Counted from the first letter of the stretch, positions 19,899 to 29,817 are shown. The stretch is 64,000 bases of DNA from Spirochaetales bacterium (GCA_013044245.1 JABEVK010000020.1:2209-66208); one strand, 5' to 3'. Numbers and translations are program-made. The notes: a model not told the origin generated them from the sequence alone.

Positions 19899-21179
19899 TT
19901 ATAGAATTTCTTTTGGGGAGGGAGCTAAAAGAATCCCGAACTCATCAAGCACGCTCTCGGCTTGTCCCGAACGGTGCAGGGTGAACCGCTCACCGATACG
20001 TACCATGTCTCGTTGTTCGCCATCAACCCAAAGTTCGTCAGCGGTCAACCATTGGTCGGCGCGGCCAGGGTTCATCGCCACTACTCTTTGCCCCTTACGA
20101 AGGGTATTCAAGGCCCGGCAAACGGCTTGGTTGGCTTCCCGTTGTTCAACCAAGCCTAACAACCGTCGGTCTTGCAGGCTGTTACGATGAGGTTGACCGC
20201 GCAGTTGACCGTCAGCGTCTGTCTTACGATCCGTTTGAAAATAGAATCCTGTGGTATATTCCCGGCGGCTGAGCAACTGTAATTCTGCGAGAACGGCCTC
20301 GTCGGGGGCCTGCGCGGCCATAGCCCTGTCTAAGGAATGGCGGTAGACTCGGGTTGCCGAGGCCGTGTACCAGGCGCTTTTCATCCGACCTTCAATTTTT
20401 AACGAGTTCACCCCTGCTTTAAGAAGTTCCTGAACGTGACGTGCCATGTTTAGGTCACGAGAACTAAGAATGGCGGTGCCGTAAGCGTCTTCTTCAATCG
20501 GTAAGGAGACTTCAGGACGCGATTGTTCCGCAAGGGCAAATTCCCAACGGCAAACCTGCGAGCAATCACCTCGGTTGGCGTCGCGAACGCCTTCTGCTTT
20601 TGGGTGCTCCGTCGAGAAGTAGTTCGATAAGAGGCACCGCCCCGAGTAGCTGATGCACATCGCGCCATGCACAAAGGCTTCGAGTTCAAGGCCCACGGCG
20701 TCGCGAAGCCCTCGGATCGCCTCTAACGAAAGCTCGCGTGCTAGGACAAGCCGCTTAACACCTAGTCGTTCGTAAAAGCGCGCGGTCCAAGAGTTTGTCG
20801 TATTCGCTTGCGTACTGACGTGAACGGCGAGATCAGGGTAGTTCGTGCGAACCCAATCTAAAAGTCCTAGATCGGCAACGATAATGCCGTCAAAGCCAAG
20901 GGGAGCCAGCTCGGCCATAAACTCTTGAAAGGGAGAAAGATCCTCATCGTGGGCCAGCAGGTTGGCGGCAAGATAGACTTGTTTTCCGCGCTCATGGGCC
21001 CAAGACAATCCTTCGGCAAAATCTTGGTAGGTCAGCTCATCGCCTCTGGCTCTAAGGGAAAACTTGGGAGCCCCGACATACACGGCGTCGGCCCCATAGG
21101 CAAAGGCGTACTTTAGCTTTTCAAGATTGCCCGCTGGCGATAAAAGCTCGGGCTTTGAGTTGAGGGGGAAAGAATTCAC
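19899..21179 (-). CDS. Peptidase U32 family protein (collagenase-like, PrtC/YhbU type)
   Basis: 426 aa; N-terminal PELLSPAGNLEKLKYAFAYGADAVYVGAPKFSLRAR..., characteristic of the U32 family. Confidence 0.8.
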   Translation of the reverse strand: MNSFPLNSKPELLSPAGNLEKLKYAFAYGADAVYVGAPKFSLRARGDELTYQDFAEGLSWAHERGKQVYLAANLLAHDEDLSPFQEFMAELAPLGFDGIIVADLGLLDWVRTNYPDLAVHVSTQANTTNSWTARFYERLGVKRLVLARELSLEAIRGLRDAVGLELEAFVHGAMCISYSGRCLLSNYFSTEHPKAEGVRDANRGDCSQVCRWEFALAEQSRPEVSLPIEEDAYGTAILSSRDLNMARHVQELLKAGVNSLKIEGRMKSAWYTASATRVYRHSLDRAMAAQAPDEAVLAELQLLSRREYTTGFYFQTDRKTDADGQLRGQPHRNSLQDRRLLGLVEQREANQAVCRALNTLRKGQRVVAMNPGRADQWLTADELWVDGEQRDMVRIGERFTLHRSGQAESVLDEFGILLAPSPKEIL

Positions 21180-21233
21180 GGTGTTACCCTAGGGGTAGAT
21201 TCGCTGTAGGTCAAGAGACTATCAAAGAATATG

Positions 21234-21262
21234 CCAAAATAAAAAAGCCCCCCGGAGGGGGC
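21234..21262 (-). terminator. Rho-independent terminator of the malK-like gene (GC stem GCCCCC/GGGGGC followed by UUUUUUAUUUU on the minus strand)
   Basis: Read directly. A second 7-bp hairpin, GTCAAAC-N6-GTTTGAC, lies at 21295-21314 immediately after the stop. Confidence 0.6.
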
Positions 21263-21315
21263 CTTAGGTTCAAAAACTTTTGCCGAGACACCAGTGTCAA
21301 ACGCGAAAGTTTGAC

Positions 21316-22437
21316 TTAGAGGGTGCGGGCTGCTTCTTCGTTGAACATGATAGCTTTTTCAGTATCCATGTCAAAGAAGTGAGCTTTTTCAATGTTAGGA
21401 ACAAAGTGGGCCACATCCCCAACATGGAACTGATAGTTGGGATCAACAGTGGCAACCATCTGGTGGTTCTGGGTTCCGACATAGAGGTGGATTTCGGCAC
21501 CGAGGGGCTCAACCACTTCAATGTTAGTACTCATGTTGTTCTTAGCACCGGCTTGAGGCTGGTACATCAGGTTCTCGGGGCGTATACCGAAGAGAATCTG
21601 CTTGCCAACATAGGGGCGAAGGCCTTCGGCCTGGGCACCTTCGACAGTCAGGCTAAAAGAGCCTTCTTCCAGAGTAACTTTACCATTTTTATCGACGACG
21701 TCCACGGTCATAATATTCATGGGAGGAGATCCGATGAATCCGGCCACGAAGCGGTTTATGGGGTGATTGTACAGGCCCAAGGGGGTACCGATCTGCTGAA
21801 TCAAACCATCTTTCAGAACAACGATCTTGTCGCCCATGGTCATAGCCTCGACCTGGTCGTGCGTAACGTAGATCATTGTTGCCTGCAGGCGGGTGTGCAG
21901 AGCCGAAATTTCAGCGCGCATCTGAACACGGAGCTTGGCGTCCAGGTTGGACAAGGGTTCGTCAAAAAGGAAGACCTTGGGCTTGCGGACAATGGCGCGG
22001 CCGACAGCCACGCGCTGACGCTGACCACCGGACAGAGCCTTGGGCTTCCGGTCGAGCAAAGCTTCGATATCGAGAATCTGAGCCGCTTCTTTAACGCGGT
22101 TCTGAATTTCCTGTTGAGGGTACTTGCGGATGCGTAGTCCAAATGCCATGTTCTCGAACACGGTCATGTGGGGGTACAAAGCGTAGTTTTGGAAAACCAT
22201 CGCAATGTCACGGTCTTTCGGCGCCAGATCGTTGACGACCTTTCCGTCGATATAGAGTTCACCACCGGAGATGTCTTCCAGACCGGCAATCATACGAAGA
22301 GTCGTAGTTTTGCCACAACCGGAAGGTCCGACGAAAACGCAGAATTCTTTGTCGTTGATGTGAATATTCACACTGTCGACGGCTTTGACATCACCTTCGT
22401 AAAGTTTGGTAATGTTCTTGAGAACGACTTCAGCCAT
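21316..22437 (-). CDS. ABC transporter ATP-binding protein, MalK/UgpC type (carbohydrate importer ATPase with C-terminal TOBE-like domain)
   Basis: Walker A GPSGCGKTT; signature LSGGQRQRVAVGRA; Walker B VFLFDEPLSNLD; 373 aa with a regulatory C-terminal domain. Confidence 0.88.
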   Translation of the reverse strand: MAEVVLKNITKLYEGDVKAVDSVNIHINDKEFCVFVGPSGCGKTTTLRMIAGLEDISGGELYIDGKVVNDLAPKDRDIAMVFQNYALYPHMTVFENMAFGLRIRKYPQQEIQNRVKEAAQILDIEALLDRKPKALSGGQRQRVAVGRAIVRKPKVFLFDEPLSNLDAKLRVQMRAEISALHTRLQATMIYVTHDQVEAMTMGDKIVVLKDGLIQQIGTPLGLYNHPINRFVAGFIGSPPMNIMTVDVVDKNGKVTLEEGSFSLTVEGAQAEGLRPYVGKQILFGIRPENLMYQPQAGAKNNMSTNIEVVEPLGAEIHLYVGTQNHQMVATVDPNYQFHVGDVAHFVPNIEKAHFFDMDTEKAIMFNEEAARTL

Positions 22438-22506
22438 TCAAGGCCTCCATTGAGGTTAGTTTAGAGTTCAATTGTGGAGGCAAAGCGATAAACTGTCAAC
22501 GCCTAT

Positions 22507-23736
22507 TTATTGAGGAGCTGACTCGCGATACCAGTGCTCAACGTCATCGTTGAGATTTTGTTTATGTTCCCCCAAGAGACTTTGATTTAGCCACGGTAAG
22601 AGCACTTTTTGCTTCAGTTCGGCCCATTCGAGGGGCCGAGGAGGAGGAAATCGTAGCAAGGATGGCGGAGGCACGCGACCGGTTAAATCGGGGTACAACC
22701 GAGGAAGAACCTGATCATTCACCTTGATTAACGAATCTAACCCCGAGGCCAAGCCAAACCCACGTGTATCCTTAGCATACGTCTCTAAGGCAAGCTCTTT
22801 TTGTGTTTTCTCTTGAAAATACCAGGTCAAAAAGGCCTGGGCAGCCGCCCGTGTTACGGCGCTTGAGGGGATACCTGCCCAGATAATGCTATCTTCTGCG
22901 GGAATGCCCTGCCCATCGTCCGGGTAGCGGAATTCCAGGCCTTGTCGTTCGTATTCCGGAAGCGTTAAAAAGCTGTTAAGTGTTGAAGCGGTAAAGAGTT
23001 CTCGGCCCTCTTGTAGCATTTGCAAAGGGTTGCTCTCTTGGTACTTTCGGGTAAAGTCTTTTTCGCGAGCGGGGTCTAAGCCTTGAATCCAGGTTTGAAG
23101 ACTGGTCACACTGGAGTTGAGCCGACCCTGATCCCACGACAGGCGTCCCCGAAAGTCTTCTCCGAAGGAAACCCCTTCGGCTTCAAGAGCTGTCAGCGCA
23201 AAGTTGTCCCAACGCGGTGAAAAGGCAAACCGATTAAAACCCGGTGGTGCCGAGGTGTCAAATTTTTTGCTGTACGCCTGAACCGCCGAAAATGACAGGA
23301 CCAACCCGTCCGGGTTGTCTAAAGCACCACGACGAAAGACGAGAATAGGCAGGTCAAAACTTAACGGAATTAACAAAGGAGTGTCGCCGTCAGAGCCAGA
23401 CGCCAGAAGTTGGGGGTAAAATTGTGCTTTGGTAATTCCTCCCCTATCAAAGAGAAACGATAAGGAGGTGAGGTTACTACGAACCTCTTTGCTATTCAGC
23501 CCCCGGGCTATTACCAGATCGGCTTTGGGGCCAGGGGTAAGGAGCAGTCGGGCTGGGTGAGCTTGGTATTCGAGCAGAATTTGCCATTGATTTTGTTCAG
23601 CGTTGAACTTTTCAACGTATCCGGCAACGTCAGGTATATTGGTCCATAAGGTAGAAACATGGGTAGAGGCTTGGCAAGAGGTGGCCAAAACGAGAACTAC
23701 TCCCCAGGCCACCAGGCTAAGGCCAGGTTTTTTCAT
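22507..23736 (-). CDS. Lipoprotein resembling a family-1 extracellular solute-binding protein
   Basis: Signal/lipobox-like MKKPGLSLVAWGVVLVLATSC; STLWTNIPDVAGYVEKFNAEQNQWQI pattern typical of sugar SBPs. 4-nt overlap with the upstream aminotransferase gene. Confidence 0.45.
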   Translation of the reverse strand: MKKPGLSLVAWGVVLVLATSCQASTHVSTLWTNIPDVAGYVEKFNAEQNQWQILLEYQAHPARLLLTPGPKADLVIARGLNSKEVRSNLTSLSFLFDRGGITKAQFYPQLLASGSDGDTPLLIPLSFDLPILVFRRGALDNPDGLVLSFSAVQAYSKKFDTSAPPGFNRFAFSPRWDNFALTALEAEGVSFGEDFRGRLSWDQGRLNSSVTSLQTWIQGLDPAREKDFTRKYQESNPLQMLQEGRELFTASTLNSFLTLPEYERQGLEFRYPDDGQGIPAEDSIIWAGIPSSAVTRAAAQAFLTWYFQEKTQKELALETYAKDTRGFGLASGLDSLIKVNDQVLPRLYPDLTGRVPPPSLLRFPPPRPLEWAELKQKVLLPWLNQSLLGEHKQNLNDDVEHWYRESAPQ

Positions 23737-25025
23737 GCCGAAAACAACCGTGCCGCGACAGCAAAGATCGTCGTGTACAACTCGGACAAATCCCGATTGT
23801 CTACCGATGAGTAGGCTATGCGCAAATAGTGGCCCTGAAGAGCTATAGTTCCTATCCCTTCTGTGCGTAGAAGTTCTTTTCGTAAAACTTCGGCATCGCC
23901 CTTGAGCAGTTCAAACGTCATAAAATAGCCTGAATTAAACGGCAGAGGCCGTAAAACCGCTGGAGCGGTTGCCACCAGGGCTCGTACCGACCGGTAGCGC
24001 TCTTCTAAAACTTTGGCAAATTTGTCTTTGATACCGTGATACACCAAGCTCGATAGTTCTTTGTACAGGAGCGTCTGTCCGACACGACTAGAGTTGGACA
24101 TCACCGTACGAATAGTCCCTAAGATTTTTTGGTCCAGAGCCGAAAAGTGTTCGGCCGATAAACCCTTCGCGGCCAGGGTCAAAAACGCGACGCGAAAGCC
24201 CCATACGTAGTCTTCTTTGGTGGCCCCATCAAGCTTTACTGCTAGCAGGTTTTCATGGGCATTGTAGAGGAGGTTGAAGAGGGAATGCTTATAAACATCC
24301 TTTTCATAAAACAGGCCAAAGTACGCATCATCAAAAAATACCACAAGATTGAGGCCTTCGGCGGCGAGAGCGGTAAGCTGTTGGGCTAAGTCTCGCGCCT
24401 CGGTTTCGGTTGGGGTATAGCCCGTGGGGTTGTGCGGGAAGTTCAAGACCAGTACGGCTTTATTGCGGCGCGCATTCGACCTCAGGGTGTCGACAATTCC
24501 TTTGACATTGAGTTTGTTCTCAGGGGTGAACAGTGAGAACGTCGCGCAGTGGGCTTGTGCCCGAGTGTCAAAAATAAGCGGATAGTTATCCCAGCAAAGG
24601 TCTGAAAAGACAACACAGTCGTCTTCATCAATAAAAAGATCGGCTGCGAGCGAGATTCCGGCGGTAATACCGGGGACCACCGCCGGCAGAGACAGCTGGT
24701 CTTCACTCAGCTGAGGGTTTTTGGCGATCAGAGAGGTTTTCCACAACGTCCGGAGGCGGGCATCACCACCCGTAGGGGCGTAATCGGTGGCCTCTGAGGG
24801 CGATAATCGCGGGAGGTTGTCTTGAATGGTGGGCAAAATCATGGGTTCGCCATCGGTCATGGCAATTCCCACCGTGGCGTTAAACGTGGTTGCCGATTTT
24901 TTTGCCTCGGCGGATTGAGCGACAATACCGCGCGGAAAATAAATGCGTCGGCCGAACTTGGTCAGCGTGCGACCCACAACAGTGGGTGCTAAAAAGGCGT
25001 TAAGTTCTTCAGCGAGGGGGTGCAT
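23733..25025 (-). CDS. PLP-dependent aminotransferase, class I/II
   Basis: 430 aa; NFPHNPTGY motif upstream of the PLP-lysine region; overall fold-type I layout. Confidence 0.75.
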   Translation of the reverse strand: MHPLAEELNAFLAPTVVGRTLTKFGRRIYFPRGIVAQSAEAKKSATTFNATVGIAMTDGEPMILPTIQDNLPRLSPSEATDYAPTGGDARLRTLWKTSLIAKNPQLSEDQLSLPAVVPGITAGISLAADLFIDEDDCVVFSDLCWDNYPLIFDTRAQAHCATFSLFTPENKLNVKGIVDTLRSNARRNKAVLVLNFPHNPTGYTPTETEARDLAQQLTALAAEGLNLVVFFDDAYFGLFYEKDVYKHSLFNLLYNAHENLLAVKLDGATKEDYVWGFRVAFLTLAAKGLSAEHFSALDQKILGTIRTVMSNSSRVGQTLLYKELSSLVYHGIKDKFAKVLEERYRSVRALVATAPAVLRPLPFNSGYFMTFELLKGDAEVLRKELLRTEGIGTIALQGHYLRIAYSSVDNRDLSELYTTIFAVAARLFSA

Positions 25026-25054
25026 GTTTTTTTCCTAACAGTTTCCCCCCTCCT

Positions 25055-25066
25055 TGTCAATTGACA
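25055..25066 (+). promoter_or_regulatory. Perfect 12-bp palindrome TGTCAATTGACA containing a TTGACA -35 hexamer, in the divergent region between the aminotransferase operon and the 523-aa hypothetical gene
   Basis: Read directly. A -10-like GATTAT/ATTATA lies 18-19 nt downstream, and the ATG is at 25104. Confidence 0.3.
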
Positions 25067-25103
25067 GCCAGCCACTCCTTAGCTGATTATAGAGAAAGAT
25101 ATT

Positions 25104-26675
25104 ATGGCCAAAGCCGCGACGCAAAAGTACAATCCTAAGTCCGATCAACCTCTTGGGTGGTTAGATCGCGTCCTCTCGCTTCTGGGTATGGAGCCTGATC
25201 CTGAAAGGGAAAAAAAGGCTCTTTTAAAAGACCTAAAGAACCAACTCAAAAAAGCGCATGGAAAGTTTGTAAAAATGCCCGATCAGGTGGATGTAGGGCT
25301 CGCCAAATTTTTTTATGAGATCTACGGGGTTATTGGCTCGGCTCAGACGTTGCTTCAGAACGCCGCGACCTCGCAAGCCTTAAAAATGATCTTTATTGAG
25401 CAGGTGCTGACGGCCAGCCAAAAGGCCCTGCAAGAAGAGCTGACAGACGTCGGCATTCGCGAACTGGCCAAAACCCTGCCACATGAACAACTTGTTGACC
25501 GCGTTCGCACAAGCCTGGTCGATTACACTGCCGCATTAGAGATCGAGACTCAAAAAAAGATCGATACCCAATACAACCTCTTTTTGACCTTTACCGATTT
25601 TATCACGTTCAATTTCTACTTTTTACTCAAAAAGTTTGATTCGATGCTTCCCGAACGAGACTTTGGGTATCTGCCTCGGTTTGAGCCGATTAACGGCGAG
25701 TACGTGGTAGAAGACCTCAAAGATTTTTTAACTGTAAGCGGACCGCTTTCGGCCTCGGCCGATTGGGATGGCCTTTTTGATGTGCTTCAATCTTACAAGA
25801 ATTTGGAAGTACTCAGTCGCCCTGGTTGGAAGAAGTTTTTATCTTCGCTGGCGACGATTCGGCGTTCCGGCATACTCCTGCAGATTATACAATACATGGG
25901 AAAAGACCCCTACTACCAACCCAAGTCAGAATTTCCCTCGGAACGAATCGTCGAGGCTTATTTAACACAAGTCAAAAATCAAGCGGAATCGGTTTTGGCC
26001 AAAATTACCGAAGAGCGTCGCAACGATAAACTCAACAATTTGATCCAGCAGGTTTTTGGTACCACGGGCATCAGCCGTACTAAGAACTACACCGAAAAAG
26101 CCAATATAGGTTTCTCGAAGAAACGAGTGTCTGGCTACCTCTTTGTTGAGCCGCTGAACTACCTCAAGGCTTTTCTTTTAGATTTTTACAAGCGTGATAT
26201 CCGAGAACTCGTCAACCTCCTGCTTGTCAAAGGTCAATGGATGTCAAACGCGATGGCCCAGCCAATGTCCGAGTCATTTCACAGTCTTATGGAAGTCTCC
26301 GATAACCTATCGACCTTTGATGAATCTTTGGCTGAGGATGCCGAACGCGGGCAAAAACTCAAGGTCCTTCTTACCCGCTCAGATAAAGACCAGAACGCGA
26401 TGATTTCGTTGAAGCAACAGCTAAAAGACATCAACAGCGGGGCCCGCACCATTATCACCGAGGCCGCGACACACTTGGTGATTATTGGCAAGCACATCAA
26501 GATGGCCATTGACGATCATGCGAAAACCAAACATGAACTCATCCTCAACTGGAAGTCGCTTGAGGCATCCACCGATCGCAAACTGCACGAATGGATGACT
26601 GATACCTATAAGCTTATCTATAACTTCGTTCAGCTGATGCAGTTCTTTGTTAAAGAGCGTCCTGCTCAGGAGTAG
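25104..26675 (+). CDS. Hypothetical protein, predicted all-alpha and Lys-rich (523 aa), no recognisable motif
   Basis: Long ORF with coding-like composition. No catalytic or binding motif recognised. Confidence 0.55.
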   Translation: MAKAATQKYNPKSDQPLGWLDRVLSLLGMEPDPEREKKALLKDLKNQLKKAHGKFVKMPDQVDVGLAKFFYEIYGVIGSAQTLLQNAATSQALKMIFIEQVLTASQKALQEELTDVGIRELAKTLPHEQLVDRVRTSLVDYTAALEIETQKKIDTQYNLFLTFTDFITFNFYFLLKKFDSMLPERDFGYLPRFEPINGEYVVEDLKDFLTVSGPLSASADWDGLFDVLQSYKNLEVLSRPGWKKFLSSLATIRRSGILLQIIQYMGKDPYYQPKSEFPSERIVEAYLTQVKNQAESVLAKITEERRNDKLNNLIQQVFGTTGISRTKNYTEKANIGFSKKRVSGYLFVEPLNYLKAFLLDFYKRDIRELVNLLLVKGQWMSNAMAQPMSESFHSLMEVSDNLSTFDESLAEDAERGQKLKVLLTRSDKDQNAMISLKQQLKDINSGARTIITEAATHLVIIGKHIKMAIDDHAKTKHELILNWKSLEASTDRKLHEWMTDTYKLIYNFVQLMQFFVKERPAQE

Positions 26676-27831
26676 TCATAACTGTTCTCTGAAAATTGCG
26701 GGTCAGAATCTGGTGGCCTTCAATCCAGGACAGTTCCAGCTCGGGTTGCTGAAGAGCTTCCCAAATCCGAGGAAAGTTTTTGCCATCAGCCTGGAATCCA
26801 TTGACGGCCGTGACTTGTGCGCCCAGAGCGGGCAGGCCTGTTAGGCCGGGAAGTACTTCGGAAACAATAACTGTCCAGCCGCCTTCAATAAGATAAAGTC
26901 CCAAACCAAAACCATAGGATGCGGTTTTGGAGGCGAGCCACTGTTGGTCTGGTTTGACCAAAAACTCAGGGGACTGAGTCGCCGTTCGTCCCAAAAAGAC
27001 GCACCAGTCGGTGCCCCGAAAAAAACTAAACCCCAGACGTCCTGCGAATGCTCCTTTGGGCTCATTCAAAACGGGAAGAGCCGGCCAGCTTAGCGGCCCC
27101 AGTTGGATTGGGGAACTCGAATACAAAGAAAGGTTCCAGGTATCGCCACCGGGGGCAATCCCCCTGACCGGTATGGGGGCAGAACCTTCAGCGCCTTGTA
27201 GCCGAGCAAAGCTCGAGCCGTTGCCGGTATCCAGCAAAAAGCGAGCTGGTTGACCGGCTAAGTTCCCGTCAAACACTAAGGACGGGCCGGCATCTTGGCG
27301 TTCTATCAGGGAACAAGGCAGGTCGACACCATGAAAACGCGGCTTCTGGAGGCTGATCGTCAGAGTATGGGCAGCTGCTTTCCAGCTCAACCAGTGCTGG
27401 GCCAGAGCATCGGCCCCTAATACTAAGGCGCGAGGGTAGTCCCGACCGGCGTTACGATAACGGCCGACACGCAAGGTTAACTCAGAAAAGGTCGCACCTC
27501 CCAGGGTTACATGATCAAAGGTCAAAGACTGAGAGCCCTGCTGTATTGGTGGCCCGACTAGCCTGAGAAAACGCTGGGCTTCTTCGGAGGGATAAATATA
27601 GCTGAAAGGCGAGCCCGTATCGGCAATTACCAAGAGCTTTTGACCAGAAAGAGTGACAAACCCCGCTGCTAAGTAGGGCGGAGCCCCAGGCTCCCATGTC
27701 AGAGTTAGGCTCTGCGGTTTTGGCTTCACCGGTACCGGCGAAGGTAAGCTCTTAGAGGGGGCAGGATGGCTAACGGTAGCACACGAGCTAGCCAAAAGGG
27801 TAACAAAGAAGGCGGTCAAAAAAAATTTCAT
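26650..27831 (-). CDS. Secreted or lipoprotein aspartic protease with two DTG active-site motifs (tandem retropepsin-like lobes) and a C-terminal PDZ-like domain
   Basis: LLVIADTGSPFSYI and FLLDTGNGSSFARL (two D-T-G motifs ~120 aa apart); C-terminal GLGLYLIEGGWTVIVSEVLPGLTGLPALGAQVTAVNG PDZ-like region. Signal MKFFLTAFFVTLLASSC. The ORF extends to an alternative ATG at 27891. Confidence 0.6.
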   Translation of the reverse strand: MKFFLTAFFVTLLASSCATVSHPAPSKSLPSPVPVKPKPQSLTLTWEPGAPPYLAAGFVTLSGQKLLVIADTGSPFSYIYPSEEAQRFLRLVGPPIQQGSQSLTFDHVTLGGATFSELTLRVGRYRNAGRDYPRALVLGADALAQHWLSWKAAAHTLTISLQKPRFHGVDLPCSLIERQDAGPSLVFDGNLAGQPARFLLDTGNGSSFARLQGAEGSAPIPVRGIAPGGDTWNLSLYSSSPIQLGPLSWPALPVLNEPKGAFAGRLGFSFFRGTDWCVFLGRTATQSPEFLVKPDQQWLASKTASYGFGLGLYLIEGGWTVIVSEVLPGLTGLPALGAQVTAVNGFQADGKNFPRIWEALQQPELELSWIEGHQILTRNFQRTVMTTPEQDAL

Positions 27832-28156
27832 GGAAGACTCATTATAAAAAAAAAGGCGCATCTGGTGTAGATGCGCCACTCGCTTCGTCAAGCCAGGACA
27901 TTGATTTCTGTGCCCCTTGCCTCATCTTGGTTGGCTTTCCGGTCGGTTTCCCTGATTTCTTCTGACGAAATCTTTTGGGTTGCTTGCGCTTGGCCGGAGG
28001 GGCGGTCCGTCGCGGTTGACGGTCGTATTAGGAGCGGGTCCGAGCCGCTCGCTTTTTCTATTGTCATTGCACCTCCCAATTCAAAATTTAATCCCGGTAC
28101 CGAGAATTGTCCAGTGTTTCTTGCTGAATTTTAGGGGCCGTGCTATCCTGGCGCCC

Positions 28157-29815
28157 ATGAATGGCCGTGTTCGTTTTGGAGGCTGGCTCATCAGCCTGCT
28201 TTTGGTGATGGCAACTCCGTTGTTTGCCCAAGAGACGCCCCCCCAAAAGACGTTTCGCTTTACGCGCCTCACCTTGGATGGGGGTTATCGATTTGTGGGG
28301 CGGTACCCGCTTTTGGGCTCCGACTGGAAGGCCAGCGATTGCTGGGCTGTGACCACGGTTCAAGGACAGGTGAAAGAGGTAGATTATTTTCGCCGTGGCG
28401 TCAATGCTCCTGCTCCTAACACCGGCGTGGCTCGAATCGTCGTGACAGAAGACGGCAATTGGGAAATTCGGACCAATGAAAACCCTCAGGGCCTCGTCAT
28501 TGAAGATTGCGACGGAATAGCCGTTCGTCGTCTAAAAAAGGACGCCTCGGGAGCCTTTGTGGCGATGTTTCAGTATGACCGTGCCGGGAACCTCAAAGAT
28601 GATAGCTCGGGGATTAGTGCCTATTTGTGGGTACCCGATAGCCAAGGTCGCCGTGTGCGTTCGATACGCTTAGACAAGAGTGGAGAACGTACCGTTAATA
28701 AAGCCGGTGTAGCAGAAATAGACTTTACCTATGATAACCAGGGTAACCGTTTGACGGCGCAACTTTTAGATATCAACGGCAAACCGATGGCGGAACCTAC
28801 CGGTGTCGCGTCGTTTGCGTGGACTTATGACGAAGCGGGTAACCCGGTCAGCGAGACGAGGCTGAATCTACAGGGTCAGCCGGTGGGTGGCTGGAATGGC
28901 ATTGCCCGCTGGACCAAGGTTTGGGACTCACAGGGCCGTATTCAAGAACAGGATTTTTGGGATGCGCAGGGCCGCCCCATTACTGACAAGACTGGGGTTG
29001 CCCGTTACGTCTGGCAGTACAATGATGCCTTGCATTGGACCAGAGTCTGGCACTACGACACAGAAGGACAATTGACCTTGGATGATCGGGGGGCTGCGAT
29101 GGTCAAGACTCAGTGGTTTGATCAGTCTAATCAAAAAGAACAAGACATTTACGGGCTAGAGATTAACCCGTACTATGCCGCTCTCCCCTCGGTTCAAAAG
29201 TCTGTTTCGGAACGTTATGAGCTGAAAGACGACGTGGACGGAATCGCCGTCAGGCGCTGGACGTACGACCAAGAGGGAAACCCCATCACGTTCAAAACCT
29301 ATAACGCTCAACTTCAGCCGGTTCCTAACCGTCACGGGGTGATGATTGTTCGCCGCCAGTATAATGTACGGGGTCAGCTAACCCAAGAACGTTTTGAATC
29401 AGCTCCCGGACAACTCATGGAGGCCAATAACGGCTTGGCTGGCTACCGTTGGACGTATGACGGCCAGGGACATTTGCTTCGTCAGGATAATCTCGGGCTG
29501 GACGGTCAGTTAAAACTTGACCCTCAAGGAGTAGCCTCCTACCAGTGGACATACGATGAGCGTGGCTTACGGATTAAGCAGAAGAACCTGGGAACTCTCG
29601 GGCAACTGAAAGATGACAACCGGGGAGTCGCGATTTATTTGTGGAAATACGACAAGTTTGGTGATTTGAGCGAAGAAGCCCATGACGGTATCGATGAACG
29701 GCCTACTGTGGATACCTCAGGCGTTTATATCTACCGCTATAGGCCCTCGGCCGGGGGAACGTTGGCTTTGGTGCAGAGTTTTGATCTTAATGGAAACCCA
29801 ATAGGGGGGAATTAA
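28157..29815 (+). CDS. Secreted repeat protein with ~45-aa YD/RHS-like repeats
   Basis: Signal MNGRVRFGGWLISLLLVMATPLFAQ. Recurrent G(V/I)A.Y.W.YD..G unit, e.g. GVASFAWTYDEAGNP, GVARYVWQYNDALHW, GLAGYRWTYDGQGHL, GVASYQWTYDERGLR, GVAIYLWKYDKFGDL. Confidence 0.6.
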   Translation: MNGRVRFGGWLISLLLVMATPLFAQETPPQKTFRFTRLTLDGGYRFVGRYPLLGSDWKASDCWAVTTVQGQVKEVDYFRRGVNAPAPNTGVARIVVTEDGNWEIRTNENPQGLVIEDCDGIAVRRLKKDASGAFVAMFQYDRAGNLKDDSSGISAYLWVPDSQGRRVRSIRLDKSGERTVNKAGVAEIDFTYDNQGNRLTAQLLDINGKPMAEPTGVASFAWTYDEAGNPVSETRLNLQGQPVGGWNGIARWTKVWDSQGRIQEQDFWDAQGRPITDKTGVARYVWQYNDALHWTRVWHYDTEGQLTLDDRGAAMVKTQWFDQSNQKEQDIYGLEINPYYAALPSVQKSVSERYELKDDVDGIAVRRWTYDQEGNPITFKTYNAQLQPVPNRHGVMIVRRQYNVRGQLTQERFESAPGQLMEANNGLAGYRWTYDGQGHLLRQDNLGLDGQLKLDPQGVASYQWTYDERGLRIKQKNLGTLGQLKDDNRGVAIYLWKYDKFGDLSEEAHDGIDERPTVDTSGVYIYRYRPSAGGTLALVQSFDLNGNPIGGN

Positions 29816-29817
29816 AC

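Noticed and set aside
21280-22137. 285-aa plus-strand ORF overlapping the malK-like gene
   Set aside because: Antisense shadow ORF. The opposite strand carries complete Walker A, signature and Walker B motifs.
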